A DNA stretch of 64,000 nt, from contig NC_087437.1 of assembly GCF_036321535.1 (NCBI RefSeq), forward strand, positions 60,700,001-60,764,000. Direction: 5' to 3'. Under the pieces are notes generated by a model. That model saw nothing but the letters and a program-made list of their open reading frames with translations, was not told where the DNA came from and ran no database searches. Position numbers and translations under genes: made by a program. The stretch is from Camelus dromedarius. Taxonomy: Eukaryota. Within the stretch, counting starts at the first letter, position 1. Each line of letters starts with the position of its first letter. Positions 1 to 13,929 of this stretch are shown here, piece by piece.

Positions 1-170
1 CGAGGGCTTCAGAATCTGAAAGGCTTGTCAAAACATAGATTGCTGGGCCCTACCTCCAGTTTCTGATTCAGTAGATGTGGGCTAGAGTCCAAAAATCTGC
101 ATCCCTAGTAAATTCCCAGGTAATACTGATGCTGCTGGTCTGGGGACTACACTTGGAAAACCACTGCCTT
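1..170. mobile_element. MER5A-like hAT-Charlie remnant
   Basis: gattgctgggccc...gtttctgattcagtag...tgatgctgctggtctggggactacactt pattern. Confidence 0.7.
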
Positions 171-488
171 AGTAAGTGTCCTTTTAATCCAATGAAGGTT
201 TAGAATTAAATGTAGCAGTTATGAAGGGAAATTATACCCCTGAAATTAATACTTTATATTAAAAATCATCTGTATGTGTTTAGATTTAAACTGATGATTA
301 AGAGAATTTGACATATTAAAGAATCTGACAGACTACCCTCATTTCAATTTAAAATGCATAACAAATTTGTGATTTTTAAGTGGAATGTCAGACATTTTGT
401 CTATATTCATAAAGTAGTGTTGGAATCTGAGATTCATTATATTTGCCTGTCTAAATTATTAGATTTATAAAAGTTTATAAAGTACTTG

Positions 489-640
489 GAGGGAGGAGGG
501 TATAGCTCAGTGGCAGAGCACGTGCTCTGCATGCACAAGGTCCTGGGTTCAATCCCCAGTACCTACAAGAAGGGAAGGTAGGGAGGGAGGGGGGGGGAGG
601 AAGCGAGGGAGGGAGGGAGGGATCGAGGGAAGACAGACCT
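489..640 (+). mobile_element. tRNA-derived SINE (camelid-type), short form with GGGA-rich tail
   Basis: A box tagctcagtgg and B box ggttcaatccc; similar to about 10 other copies in the window. Confidence 0.85.
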
Positions 641-1190
641 TGAAAAAGGAAGAACTTGAAAGGTTTTGCTTGTTGAAATCAAAGGCTGCCCATCAGGGAA
701 TTTAAACACTCAGAAAGAAAAATTAACATATTAAATTTTTTAAAAGTTCTGATGCGTAATTAAGGTCTTAAGGGAATTTTAGAGTTTAAGGGGGGTGGTC
801 TGTATTTGAACTATCAAAGACTAATCCAAGAAAAAATGAAAATGAATACTACTTTACTACATTTTTAAAGGGAGTAAGACATTAAGCTAAATTTAAAACC
901 GTAAATCAAATAATCCCTTTTGTGCATCTCCCTACTTAAAAAAAAAGCCTCCTCAAGATATCAAAAAAAATCCACTCCGAAACAAATAAGCAGGAAAACA
1001 CTGGGATCATGACTTTCTTATGCTGACATGACTTTACAGAACTTATGCCCAACCCTAGCACAAGACAAAGACAAAACCTAATGTTTTCTAAAAATCTAAG
1101 AAATATCAAATAATTATATAGTTAAAAAACAAAACAAAAGTCCTTTAATATACAAGGACCCTCCTGAATTAAGAGAAAATTTTCACTTAC

Positions 1191-1238
1191 TTTTTCTGGG
1201 ACTGCATCCATTATCAGCTCACCGTACATATTAATGAC
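1191..1238 (-). CDS. SENP5: SENP5 coding exon 5 (VINMYGELIMDAVPEK), Ulp1/C48 protease domain
   Basis: Acceptor tag| at 1239-1240, donor |gtaagt at 1190. 48 nt, in frame after exon 4, completing the WLNDQVIN signature of SUMO proteases. Confidence 0.95.
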
Positions 1239-1500
1239 CTACAAAAAGTCAACATAAAACCAGCTCACTAACCCCTATCCAATTCAGAATGCCCCATTCA
1301 GAATGAATAACATATTGATACTGCTAATAGTAATCAAGCCTTTTGGATACTGGGATTAATGAATAAGTCACTTCAGTAAGCAATAAAGAATCCTTGATTC
1401 CAAAAGATAATTGTGAGACCAACCCAGAGGTTATCAATTATATTTTATTGTCCAACATCCTCTGCAACTTTTCCACTTTGAGAATCTACAATACACTAAC

Positions 1501-1639
1501 CTGGTCATTCAGCCAATTCTGACCATCCAGGGTTGCCAGATCATCCATATCCAGCATGTGTTTATTGTAGAAGATGCGGAAGTTGCACTTTTGATGTCTG
1601 GCCCTATAGTTTGTTATTTCCCTATTGATAAATGGTTTT
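1501..1639 (-). CDS. SENP5: SENP5 coding exon 4 (KPFINREIT...LDGQNWLNDQ)
   Basis: Acceptor ttcag| at 1640-1641, donor |gttagt at 1500. 139 nt, frame continuous with exons 3 and 5. Confidence 0.95.
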
Positions 1640-1788
1640 CTGAAACAAATATTTTGAAAGAAAAGGAAAAAAAAACACATAAGTTCAACTCGATTTATTG
1701 CTAAGTATCTTTTTCTTTAATCAAGAGAAAAGTCATATATGTCAACAATTTTATTTTCAAGGGCTTAACTTAAGCATCATTAACAAAC

Positions 1789-1894
1789 CTATTTGAAAAG
1801 TCTTCATTAAAGACATCTTTTAATCTTCCAAGGACATCTTTTTCACTGAGTGGGACCAAACTGCCATACTTCTTCATAACCTCATCTAGGAATC
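1789..1894 (-). CDS. SENP5: SENP5 coding exon 3 (GFLDEVMKKYGSLVPLSEKDVLGRLKDVFNEDFSNR)
   Basis: Acceptor ttaag| at 1895-1896, donor |gtttgt at 1788. 106 nt, phase matches the end of exon 2. Confidence 0.93.
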
Positions 1895-4800
1895 CTTAAA
1901 TAAAGGAAGGAAGAAAAATTAAGATGGAAAAGCCATTTTCAGTAAAGTCATTCTCTCTATACTTAACCTATACACAACACTTAATATACATTTAACCAAC
2001 ACTGCTACATGTATTATACTGTATAAAAAATTTTTAAAGTTATCTTTTTTAAAAAAAGGAAATGGATCAGGCCCTCACCATTCCAATCTAGAAATACTCT
2101 AGGTCATGATTTCACATTGGAGTTTTAAGTTACTGATGCATTGTTAGAAAGAGAATGGCTACCTGAAACTAAAGATTGACATTTTTTAGTAGCTTAACCT
2201 TGGAGAAGAATCCTTTCTCCTAAAGAGTAAAATCTAAAGGGCTTAATCACCTGGTTAAATATGTCTATCACATTTAGTAACGAAAGAAGTTATCTTTTTA
2301 AAAATAACAAGGGAATTAATTGAGATCACTGTCACTGTATTATTTGACAAAGGTGTGTAATTTCACATCTTATTAATAACAAGGGACAAATTCTAAAGCA
2401 TTTTTAGTAACATACAATTTGACAGTTATTATACTCATGATACTGCGTAACCCTGTGAGGTGAACTTAACTGGATAACAGCTGGTGAGGCACATTTTAAA
2501 AGAGGAAACAGAATTAAAGGATGACTTCTTGGTCAGTATATAGGATAGTCTTCAGGTCAATTTAAATATGTATATGCATTTTAATGGCTTCCAAGAGGAT
2601 CCACTGAAGAAATATACCTAAAAATACCCTAGGAAATAAAACCAGGCCATTACTTCTAAGTAAATATAAAGCTGAGGGAAGGCTTAGAGGTTCAGAGAAG
2701 TGTATGACTTAGGCTGTTCACTGATGCTGAGTGGGGAGAGGAACAGTCTGGCTAACCATCAGTCCCACATTTAAGTCCACTGAGTTAAGATGGAAAAAAT
2801 AAAGACTGTTAGCCACTTATTTTATCTGCCTTCCCTTTAAAAAAATTTTTTTATTAAAGTACAGTCAGTTAAAATGTGTCCATTTCTGGTGTACAGCACA
2901 ATGTCCCAGTCATGCATATATATACACATATATTCACATCCAGCCCCATTTCTAACTTGAAGAATGGCCCCTGCTATGCATCAATACAGAATGAACAGGA
3001 ATAATCACAACAGAGTGACTGGGAATGGAGTGTTTTGTAAGGGAGAGGACAGAGAAAAGTGTGAAAAACCTTTTTTTCCTCCTGTCAGTCTCCCACCAGA
3101 GTGGCTCTCAATTTGAAAGGCTTAAGACAAGAGCAAAGGTAGGATGTAGTAAGCAGGAAAAAGGTGCTTGCTTATGTATGGTTCTGGTCTAGGCTTTACG
3201 CATAAGGAAAACAGAAAGGGAGTTCTGTGCTCCAGTTTAGCCAGAGTAGGAGGTGAAGATTTGGGACTTCCAAACTAGGAACAGAGCCTATGTTTCCCTG
3301 TAGTGTTTACTGTATCATACCTTATAGTTATCCAAGCAGAGCCTTGTGTCTACATGGGAGAATGGACCTCAACAGACGATAAGGAATCCTAACATTTGAG
3401 AAACTGCATTTAAGGAATAAATTTTATAAAAAGTAATGCCCCTAATAACAAAAAATTAAACTTTAGGTCCAGCAACCTTAATTGAGACCCTCCAAATATG
3501 AAAGCAGTCTCCTCTATCAAAGGGACATGGACTCCAATTCCAAACATGTAACAAGAGTGTCCTCACTAACAATGTTATTTCTGGATGGTAGTATCTGGGG
3601 GAGGGGAGGAGGTTAAGTTGTTATATTTTTCCTCTTACTCTATATTTTTGTTTTCATTTTCAGATGATAAACATGGACTCCTAACGCAGTAGAAAGACCC
3701 TACCTGATCTTCAAAGAGAACCCTAACGACGTCTCTCTGATGCACACCATTATCTCACTAGGACCAGAAGTAAAACAACAGTTAAAAAGCACTCATAAGA
3801 CGAGCACTAGCATATCTCATTTCATCCTTTTAACTATCCTATGTGTTAGAAAGCATCCCTACTTTACAAATGGAGACAGGAGGTTAAGTAACTTCCCCAA
3901 GGACCCTTAACGAACACACGGCAGAACTAAGATGATTGTAGGTTATGCGACAACAGAAACTGAGCCATTAACTACTATGCTGTGCCACCTCCTAAGCAGG
4001 AAATACCTATTATCTTTTCTCTACATAAACAACTTAGTTCTTCACTTTACCTTTCCCTTTTAATATCCGTGGGCCAGAACACAGACTTCTTAAAGAGAGT
4101 TAAATTCATTATTCTTTATCCACTTGCTTTTACCAAACCAAGGAACCAAAAAGGAAAAAACATTTGGAACACACAATTTCTTTTACTCCAAAAGTACTAA
4201 AATTTCAATATGACCAAGAAACAAAGGATAAAATGTTAGGAAAAAACAAAACAACAACTAGAGTTTGAATTATATTCTATCCTGAAAGTACAAAAAGTAA
4301 TAATATGAAAAACAAAAACTGAGATGTTATTTTAGAAGTTAAATTACTCATCATGTTAAATCAACTGTAGTGGACAGTTTTTTCTTTAGACAACTGACTT
4401 GGGTCACATCCCACCCTATAAGTGGAAAGGTGTTCATTGTGTTGTGCACACAAGAAATGCAGCCATTTGGTTCTCCTAAAACATACAATACACATCAGAA
4501 AGGTCCCACCACAAATGACAAAGGTGTAAGATATCGAAGAATAAACTTAAGGAATGTGTAAAACACTACCAAATTTTAGTAAGGGACATAGGTCAATAAA
4601 TGGAGTAATTGTTTTTTGAACAGGAAAACTCCAGATTGAAATGAATGCAATTTTCCCTAGATTAATCTATTAATATAATGCAATAAATCAAACACCATTG
4701 TTCGTTTAATTTAAAAATAAATCCCAAATTCATTGTGCAGCAAAAATGTAGGAAATTCCTAGAAATTTTTGGTAAGGATTTTAAGGAAAGAGGTGAATAG

Positions 4801-5509
4801 GAGCAAGAGAGAAGAGGAGGAGGGCCAAGTCCATTGAACTATAAAACCAACTACAGTAATTAAAGCACAACAGTGTTATCATGGAGAGAAACCAACTAGA
4901 AAGGGATCCAAATGGCAAGCGGCAATCATGGGGAAAAGATGAATTAATCAGTAAACAGTATTAGAATTACTGACTAAACATTTTATTCACAGTTGAAATT
5001 CATCTTGGTGTAAAGAATGAGGTGAGGATCTGTCTTTCCTTTTACCAAACAGCTAAATATAAAAATAACACATTAACAGTCGAGAAGAAAATAGGATTGA
5101 ATACTCTTATAAACTTGAAATGGGAACAAGCTTTAAGTAGTTTTTTCCCTAACATATGACCATAAACATTTTAAAATAAAATGGCAGTCAATCCGTAATT
5201 CCTTTAGAAATTTTTTGCCCTTATGAACATGTATGTCTGAAACATGTAAACAGCAAACTATACTCACTCTTCTTGAAGCCACTTTTTTCCATTCAATACA
5301 TGAATTTTATTTTTCCTAAGTCAATTCAAAACAATCTAGTAGTCCATTAAGTTGATTTGCCACATTTTAATCAATTCCCTACTGATGACCTTTAATTCAT
5401 TTAACATTTATGGAATCAAATTAGTACATTTTTATTACTTTTGAGTTTCCCACCATGCTTAAAATGTCTTATCAACATGAGATTTAAAAAAATGGTCTCT
5501 TGTGTTGCT

Positions 5510-5990
5510 TTTTAACAGCTTGAGCTATGATTCATGTACCACAAAATTCACCCTTTTAAAGTTTACAATTCAGAGATTTCTTTGTATATTTTGAGTTGTA
5601 CAACCAGCACCACTATCTAATTTCAGAACATCTGCATTACCCCACAAAGAATCTCTGCACCTGTTAGCAGTCACTCCTCATTCCTTGCTCTCCCCACCCC
5701 CAGGCAACCATTAATCTACTTTTCTATATGCCTACTCTGAACATTTCAAATCAACAGAATCATATAGTATGTAACATTTTATGTCTGATTTCTTTCACTT
5801 GGCATGTTTTCAAGGTTCACCCACACTGAAACATATCAGTTCTTCACTCCTTTTTATGGCAGAATAATATCCCATTGTATAGATATACCAAATTTTATTT
5901 ATCTATTCTTCGGTGGACACTTAGGTAGTTTCCCCTTTTTGGCTATTATGAATAACAATGCTACGAACATTTGTGTTCAAGTTTTTGTGT
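5510..5990 (-). mobile_element. L1MB-like 3' end remnant
   Basis: aaaattcacccttttaaagt...ggcaaccattaatctactttc...ttggctattatgaataa pattern. Confidence 0.7.
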
Positions 5991-8931
5991 CTGTTTCTAA
6001 CTAAATTTTTAATCCATCTGGAATATATTGTGATATAGGAATCTATTTCTTATCCTTCCAAAACAGATAGCTAATCTGAATACAATCTAGATTTTTCTAT
6101 CCTCCCTCAAATCTTTTAAAGTTGTCTTGTACAAATATAACCCAGTATTATTTTTCTGCAACTTACTGTCACTGCAAAGCATTCAACTTGATTTGAAGGG
6201 AGTAACTTTCTGAATTCATATTTCATCAGCTGATGCAGTATTTGATAAAAACATGAAACAAAAAGTAAATTTTAATAAGTAAAATGGGATCTTAATAAAT
6301 ATCTAAATACAAAATGAGCATAACATGCAGTTATATTAGAGAAGAGCCAGCATTCAGCATACCATGCAACAATGCTGTCAGTCAGTCAAAGGAGTATCTA
6401 CCATACTGATTGTCCTATATTGATTCTTATTCTGATTGCTCTATTCATTCTTATTACTCAGGTTTAGTTCTCTTATTTGTTTTGTCTCGTCCATTGTGTT
6501 GGCTTTCCTCAGATGTCTGGTGGTAGATGTAGGCTCATCACTACTTGAGTAACTTGCTGGGTGGAGGGAGGGCTGTAATGGACAGGAGCTTTTGCTATGT
6601 CTTGGAACTGTTTTCAATGTGGGGATGCTAAGAACCTCCAACACTGTTCTGGAAAGGGTTGTTCTTCATTCTTGTCAGGTGTTACAAGTAATGGAGCAGG
6701 GGGAGAGGGAAATGTCCTGTGTCTCCCCACCTATCCTTAGAATTTCAGTGCTGTATGTCAATTATATTTCAGTAAAATTGAGGGGAGGGATTTCAGCTTG
6801 ATAAGAGATATCCTCTCTGCTGGGATGTGGCACAGGCAGGGAGAGATGCTTTTGTGGAGATTCTCCAACTCCTCAACCTTTTACAATAAGTCTCCCCTTT
6901 CCTCCTCACCTCCACTATCTCCAGAAATGGGACATTCCCAGTGTTGCACCATTTTCCTGCACTAATCTTCCTTCTGCTGCTGGGGTTCCTCTCTGGACCT
7001 TGTCTCTACTTGCTGCCATGTAGGAGTTTCTGTTTGTGATCCACCAAAACTCTTCTTGTTTTTGACTACAGAGACACACATGTTTTTAACATATTTTCTA
7101 CAATTTTATAGATTTCATAGGAGAGGAAAAGATTCCATGGCTTATTTCATCCTCTTAAACCTGGAACTGCTATTGGTTTCTGACAGATATTCTTTACCAA
7201 GTGAAGGAAGTTTTCTTTATTTCTAGTTTTCTAAGAGATTTAAACATAAGGGAAACAAGCCTACAGTACTTGCTGAGGTGCCATGGTTTTTCTCCCTTAG
7301 CCTATTAAAATAATTACAGTACAGATCATGAACTACGAATTCTATGACAATTCCTATGTCTTCATGTCATGCTACAGTTTTACTATAGGATATATTCAAT
7401 TTAATAACTGTTTTTGGAAGTGCTACATCTATATTTATAAGTTAACTGGTATTTGTGGGTAAATGTTAACTTTTTCAGGTTTATGAATCATGGTTCTGCT
7501 AACCTCATAGTAGGAAAATCTGTCTTCATTCTAGGACAGAATAAACAACAAATTATCTTTTTAAAGATTTCCTAGGACTCTGTATTGTCTTTTTTGTGGG
7601 AAAAGCTTTTTTATACATACTTAATAGTTAAGAAAACAAAGTGTTAGAATTGTTTAAACCACTAAGAACTCTCCTAACTCCCCAGAATAAGACATTTATA
7701 ACACTTTGATATATCTGTCCAGATTTGTCCTATACAAATGCACATCACACGTACATATATGTACTCATCCTACATATGTCCACATATATCTTTTAACAAA
7801 ACGGCATCCTTCTGTTTTGCAACTTGCTTTTTTGACTTTACATAGACAATGGTTAGTATCAAAATAAAGACTGAATTTTTTCTTTAACAGTTTCATGGTA
7901 TACTAGTGTCTGGATGTGCTGTAATTTATATGTCCATAGAAACACTTGTTGCTGTCTTCAGTTTTTACTACCAAGACTATACTATACGTAATGTCCCTGT
8001 ACAAATATATTTGTACTCTTTTATATCTTGGACAAATTACAAGGAAAGGAATGAGCTGAAGACTGATACTGCTCTACTGTCTTCCAAGAATGTTTATACT
8101 AACTGACTTCATGGAGGTAGATTTTGACAAGAAGACTTGAAAGCATGATGTAGAAACTTGAAACCATAAAGTAAAGACATATAAATTGTACTATGTAAGA
8201 ACTGAAGTTTTCTGTTGAGCAAAAATATCAGTTACAAAGTCAGGATACTGAAGGCTTTTACCAAAATTTAATTTAACATCTTTAAAACTATAATGATGCT
8301 AAGGAACATGAAGGTAGGAATCAGTGTATCCTGTTTGTTGCTACATTCTTAGAACTAGTACAGTGCCTGGTACATAGGAGCTTTTTATATATTAAATAAA
8401 ATATAAACAATTCAACAGAAAAATAGGCAAAGGAAAATTATGTACAAATAAAAAATGGCCAACATAGAAAAAGATGCTCAAACTTTAAACCTAAAAACAC
8501 AAAGAATTAAAACAAAGAATTCTCATGCAATCTATGAGACTAGCAAAGTTTAACAAGTGCAAACTCGTTTAACTTTTCGGAGGGTAACTTAGCAATTAAC
8601 TTAAAAATTTAAGTGTGAGTATTCTTTTACCATCAATTCTACTACTAGGAATTTAACTTACAGAAACAACTGTATAAGTATAAAGAAGTAATTTCACTGC
8701 ACCATTGTTTATAGAAGGAAACAACTGGAAGCAACACAAGTGTCCGTCAGTCAAGAATTAAGTAAGTTATGGAACATCTATATAATACAGCAATATCAAA
8801 GGCTTCAAAAAGAATGTCTACTTGCTTAAAGGGAAATCCATGTGTGGAAGGAAACAATAGGACTCTCCTAGATAGGACAATGGACAGCAAGTGTGGCTGG
8901 AGACTGGGGAGAATAAAGGAAGAGTGCATAC

Positions 8932-10441
8932 CAGAAAGGCAGATTGACAGCTGTTCATCATCCACTGGAGAGGCTTTTTGACTGTTCTTCCCACCTCCCA
9001 CTTGATTTTCTAGTTTGAGTCCACTGCACGTCAGAGGAGCCTCCAGTGGACTTTTACAGTAAGGGTGGTCCAGCAACTTAGAACTAAGAATGTTCTGCTT
9101 GAATGATCCATCCTCATCCATCTGGCATGAGCTCTCATTTTGAACAGTCTCTTCAGACACAGGCCCATCTACACTACTTACAGACTGATCTGCCCCAGAC
9201 TCTGACAGTTTTATTCTGTCATCATTGACAGTACTTGTCCGATTTTCCTGACCCAGAGCCATAGCTTCTCTCTCAGTTTCCGAGATAAACACACTACTAG
9301 AACGATGTTCTGGTAAGGGGAAATCATGAATCAGCTCTGCACACTCCCACTTAGGAGAGGAACAGGGTGACTGGTCCCAGGTATATGTGGCACTGCCATT
9401 CTGCTGGTCAGGGAATGCTTCGTCTAAACTAAGCTCCTTGCCCACGAGAGGGCTTCCTTTAGCGTGGCCATCAGGCACATGAGAGTTCTTTCCCTTCACC
9501 ACAGCATTGCTGTCCATATCTGAAAGGTATGGTTGATGCTGACAAGAAAGGTCTTTAGGTTCTGGGGAAGGGAATGGGCTGCAACTGCCACCCTCACGGT
9601 TCTCCCTAAGGGTCTCTTGATGGTCCCCAGTGACCTGCACCCAGCTTCGCTGGGCTTTTTTTAGCTTGCAAACTTTGCTTTTTGTTCTGAAGTGCTGGGA
9701 TCTGAGAATCCTGTACCGAAATCTAATCATCGATAATTTCTCATACATCATATGAAGAGATACTTTTATTCTTCTATGTTGCTTAAGTTGGAAATTTTTT
9801 GGAATCAGGGGTCCCCCATTCCTGTGGCGCTCCAGCCCTTGGCAGCAGCCGTAACAAAAGCGCTTTCTCTTATGGTTGCTCAAGGTGACCACAACTGTGC
9901 CGCTCTCACCTGGACTTTGGCTCTCCCCATTGAACTTCATAGGAAAGTCAGAAGCCTGTGACTCCGTCCTAGGTCTGTGACCATTGGCCTGACTTAACAC
10001 ACAATTTGCTGGTAAGTCAGCAACTGCCTTCAAGAGATTTTTCTCTCCGCAGTATTCATGGTCAGAATTCTTTGCTGATGACAGCAACTTCTCTGCTTGA
10101 AATTTCAGGAGTGTCCTTGAGGAGGAAATGAAGTGTTTAGTGTCTTTTCTCTTCACTTTAGAGGACAAAGTACTAAGATTCTGAGCAGCCACACTGGACT
10201 TTGCCTTAGCAATAAGGGGTTCATCCTGGTTCCACGTTTTCTGGTTTTGAAGGGCCCTCTTTCTGCACTGGAAATGCCTCAACTGCCTGCTCCAAGTAAC
10301 TGGCCTTCGCAACTTAGCTTTCAGAATGCACAAGTGTTGGTGAAAGTAGAACTTCTTAAAGCCTCCAAACCCAGTATTCCATTTCTCAGAAAAGGCTAAG
10401 TGGATTCTTTTCCTCCATAGACTTTTCTTCTGTTTTTTCAT
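8932..10441 (-). CDS. SENP5: SENP5 (sentrin/SUMO-specific protease 5) coding part of exon 2; start codon and long N-terminal region
   Basis: Long ORF MKKQKKSLWRKRIHLAFSEKWNTGFGGFKKFYFHQHLC... recognised as SENP5. ATG at 10441, acceptor ttccag| at 10473-10474 (31 nt of 5'UTR), donor G|gtatgc at 8931. 1510 coding nt, phase 1. Confidence 0.96.
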
Positions 10442-11161
10442 TTTTCTGATGCATAATGAGACCTGGAAGCAGCTGGAAAGAAGAGAAAGAAAAGTTACAT
10501 TTCTATCCTAAAAATAAGGTCGTATTATTCACCACAGTATGAGTTAGAAAATTGGAAAAAAGCACATGAAGTCCAATTTACACTATCAGACCTAGTGAGA
10601 TTCCACCTGATCAAGATTTCCTCACAGTGAAAATTAAAGAGGGAAGACATGAGTATTCCAACATGACTGCATTTACTGTACCTGCCTCTGACAGAAGTAA
10701 GTTTCAAGAATCATTTTCCAATATGCAGCCAGTTTCTGATGTCGTAGGCAGGGCACGGATCAGGAGAGAATTTTTAAGTGTTGGCCTTGCTTCTCAATAG
10801 CTAAGTGACTTTAAGTGAGGCACTCAAATTCTGTGTTCTCATTTGTAAAATGAAAGAGAAAGGACAGGGGACTAGACACCATTTAAGACTGAGTCCATGT
10901 GAAAACAATTTGTTCCATACAGCAAATTTTAGAAAGGGTGGGCAAGTACTTTTGCACTGTCTAGTCATCCACAGGCATAAATTCAATACATTCATGAAAT
11001 ATCAGTATCTCAAGAGGGGGACCAGTCTCCCCTCTGTCCATCGGTCAAAAACTTTTTGAGTGACTATGTGGAGACAGGACTCAGGACTCTATCAGGTGCT
11101 CTCATCCAGTTGTAGTCTGGCTCTCAAGTGAATATAAGATAAAAGAACCAACACAAATTTC

Positions 11162-11217
<56 letters not shown>

Positions 11218-11241
11218 TCACACACACACATACATACATAC
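11162..11241. repeat. (TA)n(CA)n compound microsatellite
   Basis: Directly visible dinucleotide runs. Confidence 0.95.
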
Positions 11242-13169
11242 AAATATAAACTTCAGGAACACACTTACAAGAAATGGTAGATGAAAATGATAGTCAAAAA
11301 CCAAACATGATTTCCCCTCAGATTTAATGAGATCTAACACTACTGAAGGTTCTTTAGCCTAGAAAGAAAGGCATGAGCCACTGCAGGTGGAGCAGAAGAA
11401 ACGCAAAACTATGAATCAAAAATTCAATATTCTAATTTCAGCTTACTAATAATATACTAAGAAAAGTTGTACTACCTTTCTGTGCATCGGTTTCCTCTGC
11501 AGGGGGGTGGGGAGTGGGAAGAGGACTGTACACATGTTTACCTCTGTTCCCTCTCCCAAACCCATTAAGAATTCAGAAACAAGAGTTTTTAAAAAGGCAA
11601 AAACTCTCAAGGGCAAAGACAACCAAAAAGTAGACTAGAGCAATAAAAATTTTGAAAGAAGAAAGCAGATGAATGAGTGATAACAGACTTAGAAGGTCAA
11701 AAGAGCTGAAATCTAAGCCAGCAGCAGGGGAAGCCAAGAAGCAAGTTACAGGACTTTGGCAAGGCTCTGGAAGCAGAAGCAGCAACACTTATGAAGGTCA
11801 GGGTATGAGGAGACTGAAAAAGTAAGGACTGGTTGGAAGTCTGAAACAGAAGCAAGATCCCTTCTCCTACCGTGACAAAACAGATAACCAAAGTTTCGCT
11901 TTCTGAGGAGGATGAATCAGAACAGTCAAGCACATCATGCACAACTCAGGGCAGGGGCACAGTAGGAGGATAAATTAGTTTACATAGGGAATTCCTCCCT
12001 AACCTCTTTCCCCACTCAGCTCCCAGAAAGGTTTATACCCCTAAGGGGAAGATCAGTCCTGGGAGTAGGGACAGATAATTCAAAGAGAAAAGACCAACAG
12101 ATACTGATATTAGGGGATGCCTCAATTAAACAGGCCATAATAATTACTCCCAAATTTAAGAAGCAATCAGACCCCAAACCTCTCTTTAACTCTACACAGC
12201 AGTTAATTAATTGTCCCTCCCCTACCCAAGACTGGAAAGTTCTCCTTTAGAAAGAATAAAACAGAAGTTCTGCAGACAGGGGGTCCCAAACACAGTTTGA
12301 AGATGAAATAATATATTGAATACAAGACCCCTAACACCTTCCCACTCATCTCCTCAAACCCTGGCAATCTGTCTTACCCAGCCAAGTAGGAGCTTGGAAG
12401 ATTCTTCCCTAAGAATCTGATTCGTCCACAAAAAAAAGACAGATATCCCCCCCAAAATGGCCCAGCATGACCCACAGTTAACAAGTCACACCACATGCTC
12501 AGAATTTTCAAGCAACTTCTTAGTGGTCATCCTTTAAAATGACTGGATAACTAAGAATCACTAGATTTCTAAAGGTAAAAAGTAGACTAAAACAGATTAA
12601 AGCAAAAGCTTATTTAGAGAAGTCAATTTTAAAATACTGAAGAGGGGAGAGAAGGAAAGTTATTGTTTAATGAGTAGAGCTTCAGTTTAGGAAGATAAAA
12701 AAGGATCTGGGAGATGGATGGTGGTGATGGTTGCACAACAATGTGATTATATTTAATGCCACTGAACTTTATACCTAAAAATGATTAAAATGGTAAATTT
12801 TATGTTATGTATATTTTACCACAATGAAACAAAAGAGGGAAGGAAAAAAAAAACTAACACTATCCTCTAAGAAGAAAATATTACATCCATTGGGTGGAAA
12901 AAAATAGGATGTTATTATTTTTTTTTAAATGAACAATAAAAAATTATAAGGAGGCCTTGGAAATTAAAAATAGCAAAAATGAAAAACTCAATAGAAAGTA
13001 AAGGGCTAATATCTCTAATATTTAATATCTTAAATTAAGGGATAAAGAACAAAAAGGCTGATGGAAAAATGGAGAAAAGACATAAGAAGATAATTCACAA
13101 ATAAAGATTTTTAAATAGCCCTTAAACATAAGAAAAGATGTTCAATCTCACTCATTAAAAAACCGTCAA

Positions 13170-13503
13170 GGGGGCTTGAGGGGGTGGATAGAATGGGTGA
13201 AGGGGGTCAAAAGGTACAAACTTCCATAAATAAGTCAGTTGTGGGATGTAAATGTGCAGCATGGTGACTATCATTAACAGCACTCTATTGTATATTTAGA
13301 AGATGCTAAGAATGTAAATCTTAAAAGTCCTCATCACAAAAAAAAAAAACCTATTAGAGGGAACTAGAACTGTGTATGGTGATGGATTTAACTAGACTTA
13401 CTGTGTAATCATTTCTCAATTGTACAAATATTAAATCATTATGTTGTACACCTGGAACTAATATAATATTATATGTCAATTTTACCTCAGTAAAAAAAAA
13501 AAT
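13170..13503 (+). mobile_element. L1MA-like 3' end with A tail
   Basis: Typical L1 3'UTR (atgttgtacacctggaactaatataatattatatgtcaatt) with imperfect TSD aaaaa(c/t)cg(t/g)caa. Confidence 0.75.
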
Positions 13504-13929
13504 CGGCAAAAATTATGCAACACATTCTGTTGGTGGGAGAAAAGGAACTTTCATTCTTTGCTGGTGGAAACATAAATTGATAAAATCATTTCAGGGAAAT
13601 ATGTCAATATTTAACAAAACTATAGAAGTATTAATCCAGCAACTCAACTTTTAGAAATTTACCTTGAAGATATACTTTCAGTAATAATGAAAATACATAG
13701 TACAAGGTTATTCACTGCAACACTGTTTGTAATCACAAAACACTGGAAACAACCTAAATGCCCATACATAGGATAGTGGTTACATAAACTATGATTCATC
13801 TGCACAATGAATGAAGCTATAAAAGCATAAGGATGTGGTCTATGAATTAAAATGGAGTGATTCCCAGATTAAGTGAAAAACACAAAGTTCAAGTGAGTAT
13901 CAATGGTATGGTATAATTCAGCCAAGCAT

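Noticed and set aside
489..565. tRNA-like sequences with A and B boxes (here and at about 10 other sites)
   Set aside because: Diverged copies with A-rich tails and TSDs, so SINEs rather than tRNA genes.
8747..8931. The last ~60 codons of the 564-aa ORF (MHSSFILPS...YLILD)
   Set aside because: Read-through into intron 2 past the G|gtatgc donor. The real frame continues in exon 3.
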